Virus record (IMG/VR): IMGVR_UViG_3300046011_002684
Location: 26,208-90,207 of that record
Length of the DNA: 64,000 nucleotides
Direction: 5' to 3' (one strand)
Source of the DNA: a virus
The translations under genes were made by a program, and so were the position numbers. Each line of letters begins with the position of its first letter. Position 1 is the first letter of the stretch. Positions 18,912 to 26,834 of the stretch are shown here, in pieces. The notes under the pieces were generated by a model that did not search any database, was not told where the DNA came from, and saw only the letters and a program-made list of their open reading frames with translations.

Positions 18912-19938
18912 TTTTGATTACTTTTTTATCGACTTTAATCATACGGATACCAACTTTGCCATCGGGACGAACGTACTTTTCTGGCTTTCTATCAGCGGAT
19001 TGTACCGCTTCTTCTTTCGTAAGCTTATCAACAGCCTTATTAATGTTGTCTCTGCGATTCGCTCTCTTCATAAGAAGTTTATTATTGTGCTTGACTGGAT
19101 CTGCAACGCCACGTGGATCAACATATCTGTTACGAGTAACTTCTGCTTCACGGTTGCCCAGATCGTCTTTGGCTTTCTTTACATATGAACCAAGAGTCTT
19201 CTTTGAAAGTTCTTCAATTGGTTCAACTTCTTCAGTAGCGCGAACTCTCGGTTCACCAGCGATACCAGGGTATGCTTTCTTGCCAGCAAGATTCACTCCA
19301 GGTCTACGCTTCATGACTTGCTTTACGCTTAATTCACCTGTGTTGGTTTTGTCAGCAACTTTGCGGATATAACGACGAGCAAGGTCACGTGAGATTTCAT
19401 CGAGCTCTTCGGTTTCTTCTTTCATCTTAACTTTATAACCAGCATACTGCTTATCTGTCATACGCTTGGCTTGTGACTTATCTTTATCATCTTTATTGCG
19501 ATCAGCTTTTTCTTTATCCATACGAATCTTCTGTAATGGAGAAATAGTAACCGATTCTTCCATCGATTCATCTTCATCATCTTCATCACTATCTTCTGCA
19601 TCAAGGTAATCACGTACAGAACGAATGTAGTCTGTTGCTTTAGTAACTTTGTTTTGTACCCACTCAGGAAGATTATCATCATCCCCGACCATCTTCATAA
19701 GTTTTTCATTTGCAGAACAAATCTGACGAAGCTGATTCTTCATCATATCGCCTTCTTTGTCATACTCATTTGGATCTTTTGCTTCAGCAACCTTTTTCGC
19801 CTGCCAAGTAGCAATAGCCATTTTCTTTTTCATGTCCATGCCAGGATTCTCACGCTCCATTGCTTTCGCAATCTCTTCGCGCTTCTTCTTTTCTGCAGGA
19901 GTAAGGGTTTTCTCTCTCAGATCTTTAAAGTTTTTCAT
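18904..19938 (-). CDS. Modular putative internal head polyprotein
   Basis: MKNFKDLRE; LPEWVQNKVTKA.DY module; ELDE/PIEE-delimited cassettes, one of them an LSKKTLGSYVKKA copy. Confidence 0.7.
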   Translation of the reverse strand: MKNFKDLREKTLTPAEKKKREEIAKAMERENPGMDMKKKMAIATWQAKKVAEAKDPNEYDKEGDMMKNQLRQICSANEKLMKMVGDDDNLPEWVQNKVTKATDYIRSVRDYLDAEDSDEDDEDESMEESVTISPLQKIRMDKEKADRNKDDKDKSQAKRMTDKQYAGYKVKMKEETEELDEISRDLARRYIRKVADKTNTGELSVKQVMKRRPGVNLAGKKAYPGIAGEPRVRATEEVEPIEELSKKTLGSYVKKAKDDLGNREAEVTRNRYVDPRGVADPVKHNNKLLMKRANRRDNINKAVDKLTKEEAVQSADRKPEKYVRPDGKVGIRMIKVDKKVIKND

Positions 19939-20195
19939 TTTTTAATATTTCCTTTTTGCTTAGCCCAAAGATCTGGGTCGCCTTTAACTCTTGTTCTGCC
20001 GCCGGTAATAAAGCTATTGACTCTAGCCATGCCCCATTGCTGTGGAGTAGTACCAGGCTTATGACCAACCTTCCAAGCAGCTACACCACGCTTATATACC
20101 TGCTTTAAAATACTCAAGCTAAACCCACTTTGCTTTGCTTTATTTGCAAGACCCGTGTCTGCTTCCTCTGCGAGATAAGATTTGAAAGTAATCAT
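19935..20195 (-). CDS. Small protein with capsid-targeting-like N-terminus
   Basis: MITFKSYLAEE; VYKRG.AAW..GH.PG..PQQW..ARVNSF. Confidence 0.7.
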   Translation of the reverse strand: MITFKSYLAEEADTGLANKAKQSGFSLSILKQVYKRGVAAWKVGHKPGTTPQQWGMARVNSFITGGRTRVKGDPDLWAKQKGNIKK

Positions 20196-21586
20196 TTGTC
20201 CCCATACATCTGTTTAAATCTTAGGGTATACTGGCTTGGCTTCGTACCCTTTTTACGAGCTTCTTTATCACCTGGTGCATCTTTATATAGATCTGGATTA
20301 CCATGGTCATCACGCTTTGACATCTTCTTGAAGTGTGCGTCACGTGCTGCCTTGGTAGATTTTGATTTGATACCAATCTGGAATGTAGCTGGCTGAGACC
20401 CTTTACGATCATCAATGTCTTTATCTTGTGCTACATCAATCTTTTCTTGTACACAATTTGGAACCATCTTACCGTTCTTCATCTTGGTACCGACTTGTTT
20501 ATATCCCGGCCAGCAAGGATTCTCTTCTGGCAGATCAAGAGTCTTAGGATATCCTTCTTGACCAGGCTTCAGTTTAGGCTTACCTGAAGCTCTTCTCTTA
20601 CGAATGTTATCCCAGATATTCGGTCTATCAGTTCCTTCGCCCGGAGTCATCATCTTTGCTTTCTTAGTGGATTCTGGTGTACCCCAATCAGGCTTATCGG
20701 CGTACATGCTTTTGCCCTCTTCTAGTCTCACGGAAAAAGAAGCAACCTCATACTCTGGGTATTTCTCTTCTACCTTCTCCACTGCATCAAGCCACTTACG
20801 GTATTCATTCGCCTTTGATTCGACAATAACGTAGTTTGTACCAAGGCGCTTTACTTTACCAATCTCACCGTTCTCTTTAATGACGACTTCGTCACCAACT
20901 TCGAAGAGTTTACCATCAACATAAGATTCACGGATCTCTGATACAGGATCAAGCTGGACGTGCTTACGATAGTCTGTAGCTTCCTTTAGTCCCATACCCT
21001 TACGAACAGCATTAAAAAGCGCCTTCGAATCTGAATTCGAAAACGCCTTCGGAAGACCCTGCACAAATGTAGTAAAGTCGTTCTCTGATGCAGCTGCACG
21101 CATCTTGGATGCGCTCATACCTTCTACACCTTCTGCATCAGGATCGCGCTCGCCCGCGGACGCGACTTTGATATCCATGAAGTTATAGAAGCCATGACGG
21201 GCTTTTTTGCCGTTGTAGTTATTCAGAAGAGCATCAAATTCTCTTACACGGTCAGATCCGACAACCATTACGATTCTCCGGAAGCCTTCGTCATAGAGTG
21301 AAACTGCTACATCGATTGCTGTCTTAATATTGTTGTTCATAAGAACGTTGCGTGCATGTCGTGGAAACATCTTACGGACGAACTTAATCTTATCCTTATA
21401 CTCTAAAGGATTCTTCTTATTATCAGAAGACTGTGACAGATATAGTCTATATGGATTCTTACCAGCAGTAGAAGCAAGTTTATCTAACAGCTTCTCATGA
21501 CCAATCGTCGGCGGATTCATTCTCCCGAAGGAGAAGAAAACCGTCTTTTCTTCTTCAACTAAATACTGCTTAAACGATCCAATCAT
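20192..21586 (-). CDS. HIGH-superfamily (cytidylyltransferase-like) nucleotidyltransferase with appended micro-domains
   Basis: FGRMNPPTIGH, KNPL, VVGSDR, MSASKMR; N-terminal MIGSFKQYLVEE; tail includes CWPGY..VG.K.KNGK.VPNCV. Confidence 0.75.
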   Translation of the reverse strand: MIGSFKQYLVEEEKTVFFSFGRMNPPTIGHEKLLDKLASTAGKNPYRLYLSQSSDNKKNPLEYKDKIKFVRKMFPRHARNVLMNNNIKTAIDVAVSLYDEGFRRIVMVVGSDRVREFDALLNNYNGKKARHGFYNFMDIKVASAGERDPDAEGVEGMSASKMRAAASENDFTTFVQGLPKAFSNSDSKALFNAVRKGMGLKEATDYRKHVQLDPVSEIRESYVDGKLFEVGDEVVIKENGEIGKVKRLGTNYVIVESKANEYRKWLDAVEKVEEKYPEYEVASFSVRLEEGKSMYADKPDWGTPESTKKAKMMTPGEGTDRPNIWDNIRKRRASGKPKLKPGQEGYPKTLDLPEENPCWPGYKQVGTKMKNGKMVPNCVQEKIDVAQDKDIDDRKGSQPATFQIGIKSKSTKAARDAHFKKMSKRDDHGNPDLYKDAPGDKEARKKGTKPSQYTLRFKQMYGDK

Positions 21587-22053
21587 TCTTCGGCCTTTGG
21601 ATTCTTTCTTTCCATTTCCTTCTTGCGAACGTCTTTAATCATCTTGACTGCAAGACGTTCGATTCTGTTCTTAAAGGAAGGTCTACTAAGGCGAGTTTCA
21701 ATCTCGGATTTTCTTACTGGGGTAAGTTCATCTCTTGGGATGTTTTTTACTATTTTATTATAGATTGCTTTATAAGCTGCACGGCGTGCTCTTTTCTCTA
21801 GAGTTTCTTTGCTAGCAAATCTACGGGCAGCTCTACGCTTACCCATCTGGATTTTTGCTTTATTACGGCGAATATCTCTGGATTTCTTAAGACGGGTAGC
21901 AATCGAAAGCGCTTCATCTACTTCCGTCTCTTCCCCGATCGGTCCACCTTCACCAACCCCAATGGTACGCTTGCGGCGGTAAGCTCTATAGTTAACGAGT
22001 TCATCTTCTCCTGGAAGATACTCGACAGTCATCATATCTTTAAATCTTAGCAT
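21583..22053 (-). CDS. Basic hypothetical protein, putative internal head protein
   Basis: MLRFKDM.. N-terminus; VDE-AL..R.K followed by a very Arg/Lys-rich helix. Confidence 0.65.
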   Translation of the reverse strand: MLRFKDMMTVEYLPGEDELVNYRAYRRKRTIGVGEGGPIGEETEVDEALSIATRLKKSRDIRRNKAKIQMGKRRAARRFASKETLEKRARRAAYKAIYNKIVKNIPRDELTPVRKSEIETRLSRPSFKNRIERLAVKMIKDVRKKEMERKNPKAEE

Positions 22054-23283
22054 TTATCTTCTTCCCGGTTTATCCCATCCCTTTAACGTATCTGGTGAGA
22101 AGTTGTTGAATGAAAATTCCATTCGATCAACGATCTTCACCGCATCACCACCAAGCTTATCTATAGCCACATAACCCTCTGGACCTGTAGTCTTAAATCC
22201 GTTACGAGTCTTAACAAAATGTTTAGTTTTAGATAATTTATTAAGTATATTTATGAGTTTTAATTTCGCTAGAACGATCATTTTCTGTAAATCGAATATC
22301 AATTTCAGTGATTTTTTATTCTCATTTGAAAAAAATCTTAGGATTTCGTCACGCTTTTTGACTTGGGCTGCCTTACCTTTTTCGGTCGTGCGGCTTTCGA
22401 TTTCTTTCTGGTAGCGGGCTTTGATCCATCTGACGAGACCGTTGGTGTGGGCTGCGGTGTCTGTAATGATGGTTCCGGCTCGGACAAAGGTATTGTTGTA
22501 GGTTTCGATGAGGACTGCAAGCTCTCTGTTGGCTTCGAGTTCTCGTAATGTATTCCCAGCAATTTGGTTAAAGATTTTACCAGCTTCTGAAAGATATTCA
22601 TTGACCATCTCCGTTTCTTGTGAAGTCATTGTTAAATTCGTCAAGTCACGGAGCATAGCATCCTGCGACCAAATGTTCTTGGATTTCTTAAACTTACTTA
22701 TATCTACCCCATACGAGGCGCGCATAGATTCAAATGTGTTACCGGTGTAAGAGGTATGCCAGACAATACCAATCTTTGCAGATCTAACGTTCTTTGCAGC
22801 ATCTGAATTTGCAGGGACAGCATATACAATTGTATTTGGATGGAAGGTAACATATTGTTCTCCGTCTATGGTCTCTGTAGACAAATCACCGGGTCCGAAG
22901 AGGAAATCTCCCTGTACCACGCCGGTAATTCCCAGTTCTGGCAAGTACTTGAGTGCCAGTTTGAGTTTATCTGCAAGATCACCAGAAGTATCAGCATCGA
23001 CGTCAGCTGAAGATTTGTAGACTTTAGGGTTCTTGTTGAAAATGCCCTTCTTGGCAACGAAAAATTTATTATCACTCGGATCAATACCAGCAAAAATAGC
23101 AGGAGCACCATCCCACTTAACACTGACGTTTCCCGCATGCGTTCCTTTCAACATATCACGAAGAGATCTGAGAGCAAGGATTGCCTCTCTTGCACCTTTC
23201 ACCCCACCGTATATGACACGATCTTCGACGTGTGTCATGTGGGTATTCTTTTGTTCTGTTATAAATCCTGAGAAGTTTTCCAT
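22054..23283 (-). CDS. Putative RNA/DNA-ligase-superfamily nucleotidyltransferase
   Basis: SVKWDG (motif I KxDG), VQGD (III), EGYV (IV), AVKIV (V); N-terminal MENFSGFITE. Confidence 0.55.
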   Translation of the reverse strand: MENFSGFITEQKNTHMTHVEDRVIYGGVKGAREAILALRSLRDMLKGTHAGNVSVKWDGAPAIFAGIDPSDNKFFVAKKGIFNKNPKVYKSSADVDADTSGDLADKLKLALKYLPELGITGVVQGDFLFGPGDLSTETIDGEQYVTFHPNTIVYAVPANSDAAKNVRSAKIGIVWHTSYTGNTFESMRASYGVDISKFKKSKNIWSQDAMLRDLTNLTMTSQETEMVNEYLSEAGKIFNQIAGNTLRELEANRELAVLIETYNNTFVRAGTIITDTAAHTNGLVRWIKARYQKEIESRTTEKGKAAQVKKRDEILRFFSNENKKSLKLIFDLQKMIVLAKLKLINILNKLSKTKHFVKTRNGFKTTGPEGYVAIDKLGGDAVKIVDRMEFSFNNFSPDTLKGWDKPGRR

Positions 23284-24587
23284 TATAAGCTGTGCTCCTG
23301 CCAGGTCAGTGATACAACAGCATCATCGTTGTTTGTTGTAGGAGTAATTGCGATAGTGAATATTTTACCAGCACTATCATTATCAATAACTCCTCTAGTT
23401 AATTGGGCAGAGTGGTTAAACACGTCATCGAGATTTATACTGTTTACAGTTGATTGACCTTTGAATATGCCTTCGAATATAATTTCACCGCCACCCATCG
23501 AATCGGCTGAAAGATCGTACTGGACAGAGGTTTCCGAATCTTGTGACACCCAGGAGGCATTCTTCAATGAAGTTACGTCCCTGATTACATAATACTTATA
23601 GGCTGTAGCCTGTATTCCATAAAAATCTATCAAGGCGGGTATTACAATTGCGTCCGTTCTATTCGGCTTCAATCTGATAGAAATCATTGGATTTAATTTA
23701 TTATTCGTAAGGTTCTTACCTGTAATTGGATTTGAAGCACTTCTTGTTAGATTCTGTAAGTTATAACCACCTTCCGATATAACGGTTGAACAGATTTGTT
23801 TCAAAGTGCTAGAACTACCTGTAGCTGCAGTGTTTGTAATCTCATATCTGCATGGGAGCGAAGCCGTTGTAATATATGTTCCTGTAATGTTATTTGCATG
23901 ATGAAATATATGTACTACAACAAACTGCCCGTTGATAACAAAGCCAGAGCGAACAGATCCTACCCCAAGCCATTCTAGATCTACCCAGAATATATGGGAT
24001 TTAGTTATATCTAAAATTATGCCACTAGGACCAGTTCCATCTAACCTATCTATATTCCATGATGACCGAGCTATTCTAGTATTATCCACGGAACCACTTA
24101 CGGAAGATCTTAAGACCATATAGATTGAAGAACCATCTAATTCTAGATATACACCGTTCTTCTTTCCAAAGTAACCTACACGCTGGCGCAGGTTTTCTTT
24201 TGGTGTATTAAAGGTAAAAGTATTCATAGAGATTATACTTTTACCAGGCTGATATGGGAATGCTCGGTTCGTTTCTCGAATAACCTCATCACCACTAGCT
24301 GAACCAATTGTCATATCAACTAGGCCTTGGTTTGCATTAAAAGCAGCGGATGCTGTTCCTGTCAACTTCTGTTCCCATTTTTTAGTGTTGTCGGCAAATC
24401 GGAAAGAACTATCGAAAAGAGTGTGCGGAGAAGCCGTACGAAGACGACCGAAGGCATCTGCTGAAGTATTAAGATTCCCTTTCTCGACGTAGATTGTGGG
24501 TCCAGCCAGGCCGGCCGTCATAACTACTTCATATATAGCATCATTGTTGCCTAGAAGTCTATTTCTTAAAGTACTGTATTGAGCCAT
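23283..24587 (-). CDS. Putative virion structural protein (beta-rich, lectin-like)
   Basis: DAFGRLR, YQPGKS, EWLGVGSVR, LPCRYEI; Ser/Thr/Gly-rich beta composition; late operon. Confidence 0.55.
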   Translation of the reverse strand: MAQYSTLRNRLLGNNDAIYEVVMTAGLAGPTIYVEKGNLNTSADAFGRLRTASPHTLFDSSFRFADNTKKWEQKLTGTASAAFNANQGLVDMTIGSASGDEVIRETNRAFPYQPGKSIISMNTFTFNTPKENLRQRVGYFGKKNGVYLELDGSSIYMVLRSSVSGSVDNTRIARSSWNIDRLDGTGPSGIILDITKSHIFWVDLEWLGVGSVRSGFVINGQFVVVHIFHHANNITGTYITTASLPCRYEITNTAATGSSSTLKQICSTVISEGGYNLQNLTRSASNPITGKNLTNNKLNPMISIRLKPNRTDAIVIPALIDFYGIQATAYKYYVIRDVTSLKNASWVSQDSETSVQYDLSADSMGGGEIIFEGIFKGQSTVNSINLDDVFNHSAQLTRGVIDNDSAGKIFTIAITPTTNNDDAVVSLTWQEHSL

Positions 24588-25357
24588 TATAAAATCCTTT
24601 CAAATGGATTCTTTTTCGTTGTACCAGGTTTTAGGGAATACGGGCTCTTTTCCATTTTCTCAATTTTTACTTCGGGCTGAACCTCATAAAATCTACTACG
24701 TGTACTGATTCTCATTTTAAATTCACCACTACCAGATACTTGCGGTACATCGTTAGGTACACCTAAAGGATTCTTTTTACCTATCATATAAAAATCATCA
24801 CCGGCTTGCATATAATAAGCCGGTTCAGCTTTACCTTTGAGATAATGATTAGTAACCAATTCACCCATATCAACACCTGGAAGTTTTAGGATATATCTGT
24901 TACGAGTATTGAAAAAATCTTTCATTTTATCTAGAGGTACCGCCTTCGGATCCTTTAAACCACCAAGGGTGGTAGGAATTTTAATATCTTTCATTCCAGT
25001 AAATTTCTCAAGATCAGCAATAAATCTTTTCGCGTCTTTAGAGTTGTTCAAGGTATCTACACAGAATTGCTTTAAAGGGGAAAGCTTACCATCAGCATCA
25101 GGCGATGCATCCCACTTTTTACCATCGAAGAAAACACGAGTATTACCGAGGTTATCGGTATGATTCATTTTAACTTCTAACCATATAGCTTTTGAGAAAG
25201 GTACTCTACCTTTAGGATAAATTACGACATCAGAGTATTTTGAACTAACCTTTGGTCTTTCGGCATCAATTCCTAGAGATTTGATGTAATTAGCCACGTC
25301 TATCTCATACTGGTCTGCTGCGCTCATCTCTACAAGATATCCTTTAAAAGTTCTCAT
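24587..25357 (-). CDS. Putative PD-(D/E)xK nuclease with capsid-targeting-like N-terminus
   Basis: MRTFKGYLVE; YE helix, SDV..., WLEVK; first gene after a late promoter. Confidence 0.5.
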   Translation of the reverse strand: MRTFKGYLVEMSAADQYEIDVANYIKSLGIDAERPKVSSKYSDVVIYPKGRVPFSKAIWLEVKMNHTDNLGNTRVFFDGKKWDASPDADGKLSPLKQFCVDTLNNSKDAKRFIADLEKFTGMKDIKIPTTLGGLKDPKAVPLDKMKDFFNTRNRYILKLPGVDMGELVTNHYLKGKAEPAYYMQAGDDFYMIGKKNPLGVPNDVPQVSGSGEFKMRISTRSRFYEVQPEVKIEKMEKSPYSLKPGTTKKNPFERIL

Positions 25358-25384
25358 GTCTGCCCCATGCGATAATGTTTCTTG

Positions 25385-25392
25385 TATTTATA
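25385..25392 (-). promoter_or_regulatory. T4-type late promoter TATAAATA
   Basis: Exact TATAAATA 28 nt upstream of the ATG at 25357. Confidence 0.8.
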
Positions 25393-25405
25393 TAAAAAAT
25401 GTCAC

Positions 25406-25436
25406 AAAAAAAGAGGGAAGTAAATCCCCTCTTTTT
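25406..25436 (-). terminator. Intrinsic terminator
   Basis: AAGAGGGG-ATTTAC-TTCCCTCTT stem (G-U pairs) followed by a T run. Confidence 0.7.
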
Positions 25437-25454
25437 AAGTTTTGTAATAGAATA

Positions 25455-25973
25455 TTAGCTACCAGGTTTATCCTGATATTTAGTGCCTTTATACTTATCT
25501 TCACCGGATCTTTTGGTGTAAGTAGTTTTAGCCATAGTCTTCTTAGTCATATGACGCTCTGGATTAGCTCCAGAGGTATTATAAACGTCATCAGCGTGGC
25601 CACCCTGTGGACGACGAGCATCTCTTTTACCAGTTGCCTCTTTGTCTTTAAAGTATCCTGAACGAGCGGCAGATCCACTGGCTTTTCCAGCCGCATAGGC
25701 TTTACTTTGACCTGGGTTATTTTTATTGTAACTAATAGCTGTTGCAGCTCGCCCCTTGGATGCATCGGCAGCGTTACGTCCAGCACGGAATGCCTTTTTC
25801 AACACTGATTTACGATCTGTTCCAGAACCTTTAATCGAGGCTTCTTCTAGTTCGCTAAACCATTGTTCAAAATCTTCGTCCAGCTCTTCGGTGTCTTCTG
25901 AAACATAATGGACTTTTTGGGCTGCTTCCCAAATTTTAGAAGCAGAATTTCTAATCTCTTCGAAATTTCTCAT
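25455..25973 (-). CDS. Putative internal head protein (acidic leader, basic body)
   Basis: Start revised to MRNFEEIR (GAGG SD); EELDE and ELEE then Lys/Arg/Gly-rich region; own late promoter. Confidence 0.65.
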   Translation of the reverse strand: MRNFEEIRNSASKIWEAAQKVHYVSEDTEELDEDFEQWFSELEEASIKGSGTDRKSVLKKAFRAGRNAADASKGRAATAISYNKNNPGQSKAYAAGKASGSAARSGYFKDKEATGKRDARRPQGGHADDVYNTSGANPERHMTKKTMAKTTYTKRSGEDKYKGTKYQDKPGS

Positions 25974-26025
25974 ATTTTCCTCATTAACGTTAATGTTAGG
26001 CTTATAATTGGTTTGGTACCAAATG

Positions 26026-26033
26026 TATTTATA
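26026..26033 (-). promoter_or_regulatory. T4-type late promoter TATAAATA
   Basis: Exact match; same TTTTTATATAAATACA context as the 25385 promoter. Confidence 0.8.
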
Positions 26034-26043
26034 TAAAAAAAAT

Positions 26044-26292
26044 TTAGTAAGAATAGATGTAGACGTCAGCAGTGTCTGAAAACTTAAGAGGCAAAGACTG
26101 GTTATAACGATACAGACCCATACGGTGGCCACGTCCCTGAAGCTTGACGTACATCGGTTTAGGACCAAAAGCGCGATCTTTGTTGGCTTCTTTTACCAAC
26201 TTTCGGATGCCTTTCACAAGGCTCATATCTTCTTGGTCAGCAAGATTGACGGTGCCGATGTAGGAAGCGGTGCGGTTTTCTTTGATGATCAT
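26044..26292 (-). CDS. Early hypothetical protein
   Basis: GGAGG SD; early operon. Confidence 0.7.
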   Translation of the reverse strand: MIIKENRTASYIGTVNLADQEDMSLVKGIRKLVKEANKDRAFGPKPMYVKLQGRGHRMGLYRYNQSLPLKFSDTADVYIYSY

Positions 26293-26307
26293 TTCGATAT
26301 CCTCCGA

Positions 26308-26502
26308 TTAGACTTTAGCGAGTTGAGCGTTGACCGAACGTTCGAAGGCATGTCCAATGACAATACCCATAATTTCGGTCAATTTATCCAGATCAATCAT
26401 ACCGTTTGCGTACATTTCACTTGCCGCAGTAGCAAGTTGATCAAGTTCTTCGTTAGTCATCGTGCGGATAGCAGCGTGGATTTCTTGCATCGAGTTAAAC
26501 AT
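26308..26502 (-). CDS. Early hypothetical protein
   Basis: AAGGAG SD directly after an early promoter. Confidence 0.7.
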   Translation of the reverse strand: MFNSMQEIHAAIRTMTNEELDQLATAASEMYANGMIDLDKLTEIMGIVIGHAFERSVNAQLAKV

Positions 26503-26527
26503 CTGGTATCTCCTTCGTTGTAAGATT

Positions 26528-26566
26528 AATATAAGGTATTAATCCACAAATGTAAACCACCTATTT
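26528..26566 (-). promoter_or_regulatory. Early sigma70-like promoter
   Basis: AAATAGGTGG-TTTACA-N17-TATATT. Confidence 0.8.
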
Positions 26567-26570
26567 CAAA

Positions 26571-26753
26571 TTATCCGAAAATATTTTCCCTAATTTGTTC
26601 AATGGATTCTTCTGATCCAGATACGGTAATCTCGGGATTACCCCCACCAGGACCAAAAGTGATCCAGGATTCGAGTTTTAGATCGAACCGATCAAGGAGG
26701 GAAAGAAAGTCCTGGATCGGGCAGTCCCATGCGATATCGAAAGTGTGGGTCAT
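26571..26753 (-). CDS. Early hypothetical protein (GPGGGNP motif)
   Basis: AAGGAG SD; FDIA.D...GPGGGNPEIT. Confidence 0.7.
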   Translation of the reverse strand: MTHTFDIAWDCPIQDFLSLLDRFDLKLESWITFGPGGGNPEITVSGSEESIEQIRENIFG

Positions 26754-26776
26754 AGTGATTCTCCTTTTGTAGGATC

Positions 26777-26816
26777 ACTATACAAAAAAATAGGGGACTT
26801 GTAAATCCCCTATTTT
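26777..26816 (-). promoter_or_regulatory. Early promoter overlapping the pstS terminator hairpin
   Basis: AAAATAGGGGA-TTTACA-AGTCCCCTATTTTTTTG-TATAGT: hairpin with T-tail and -35/N17/-10 in the same DNA. Confidence 0.75.
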
Positions 26817-26834
26817 CATTTTTTTAGAAAAAAA

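Larger units (their letters stand above)
17523..19233. repeat. Dispersed coding repeat (LSKKTLGSYVKKA cassette head), 4 copies in two genes
   Basis: Copies near 17523-17585, 17709-17770, 17908-17970 and 19171-19233; 17709-17750 and 19171-19212 are an identical 42-mer GGCTTTCTTTACATATGAACCAAGAGTCTTCTTTGAAAGTTC. Confidence 0.9.

Noticed and set aside
17523-19233. Repeat-spacer pattern as a CRISPR array or DGR
   Set aside because: Repeats are in-frame coding, units are ~190 nt, and no cas or reverse transcriptase gene is present
25974-26168. N-terminal 65-aa extension of ORF 25455..26168
   Set aside because: Overlaps the neighbouring gene and spans the late promoter; the better start is ATG 25973 with an SD
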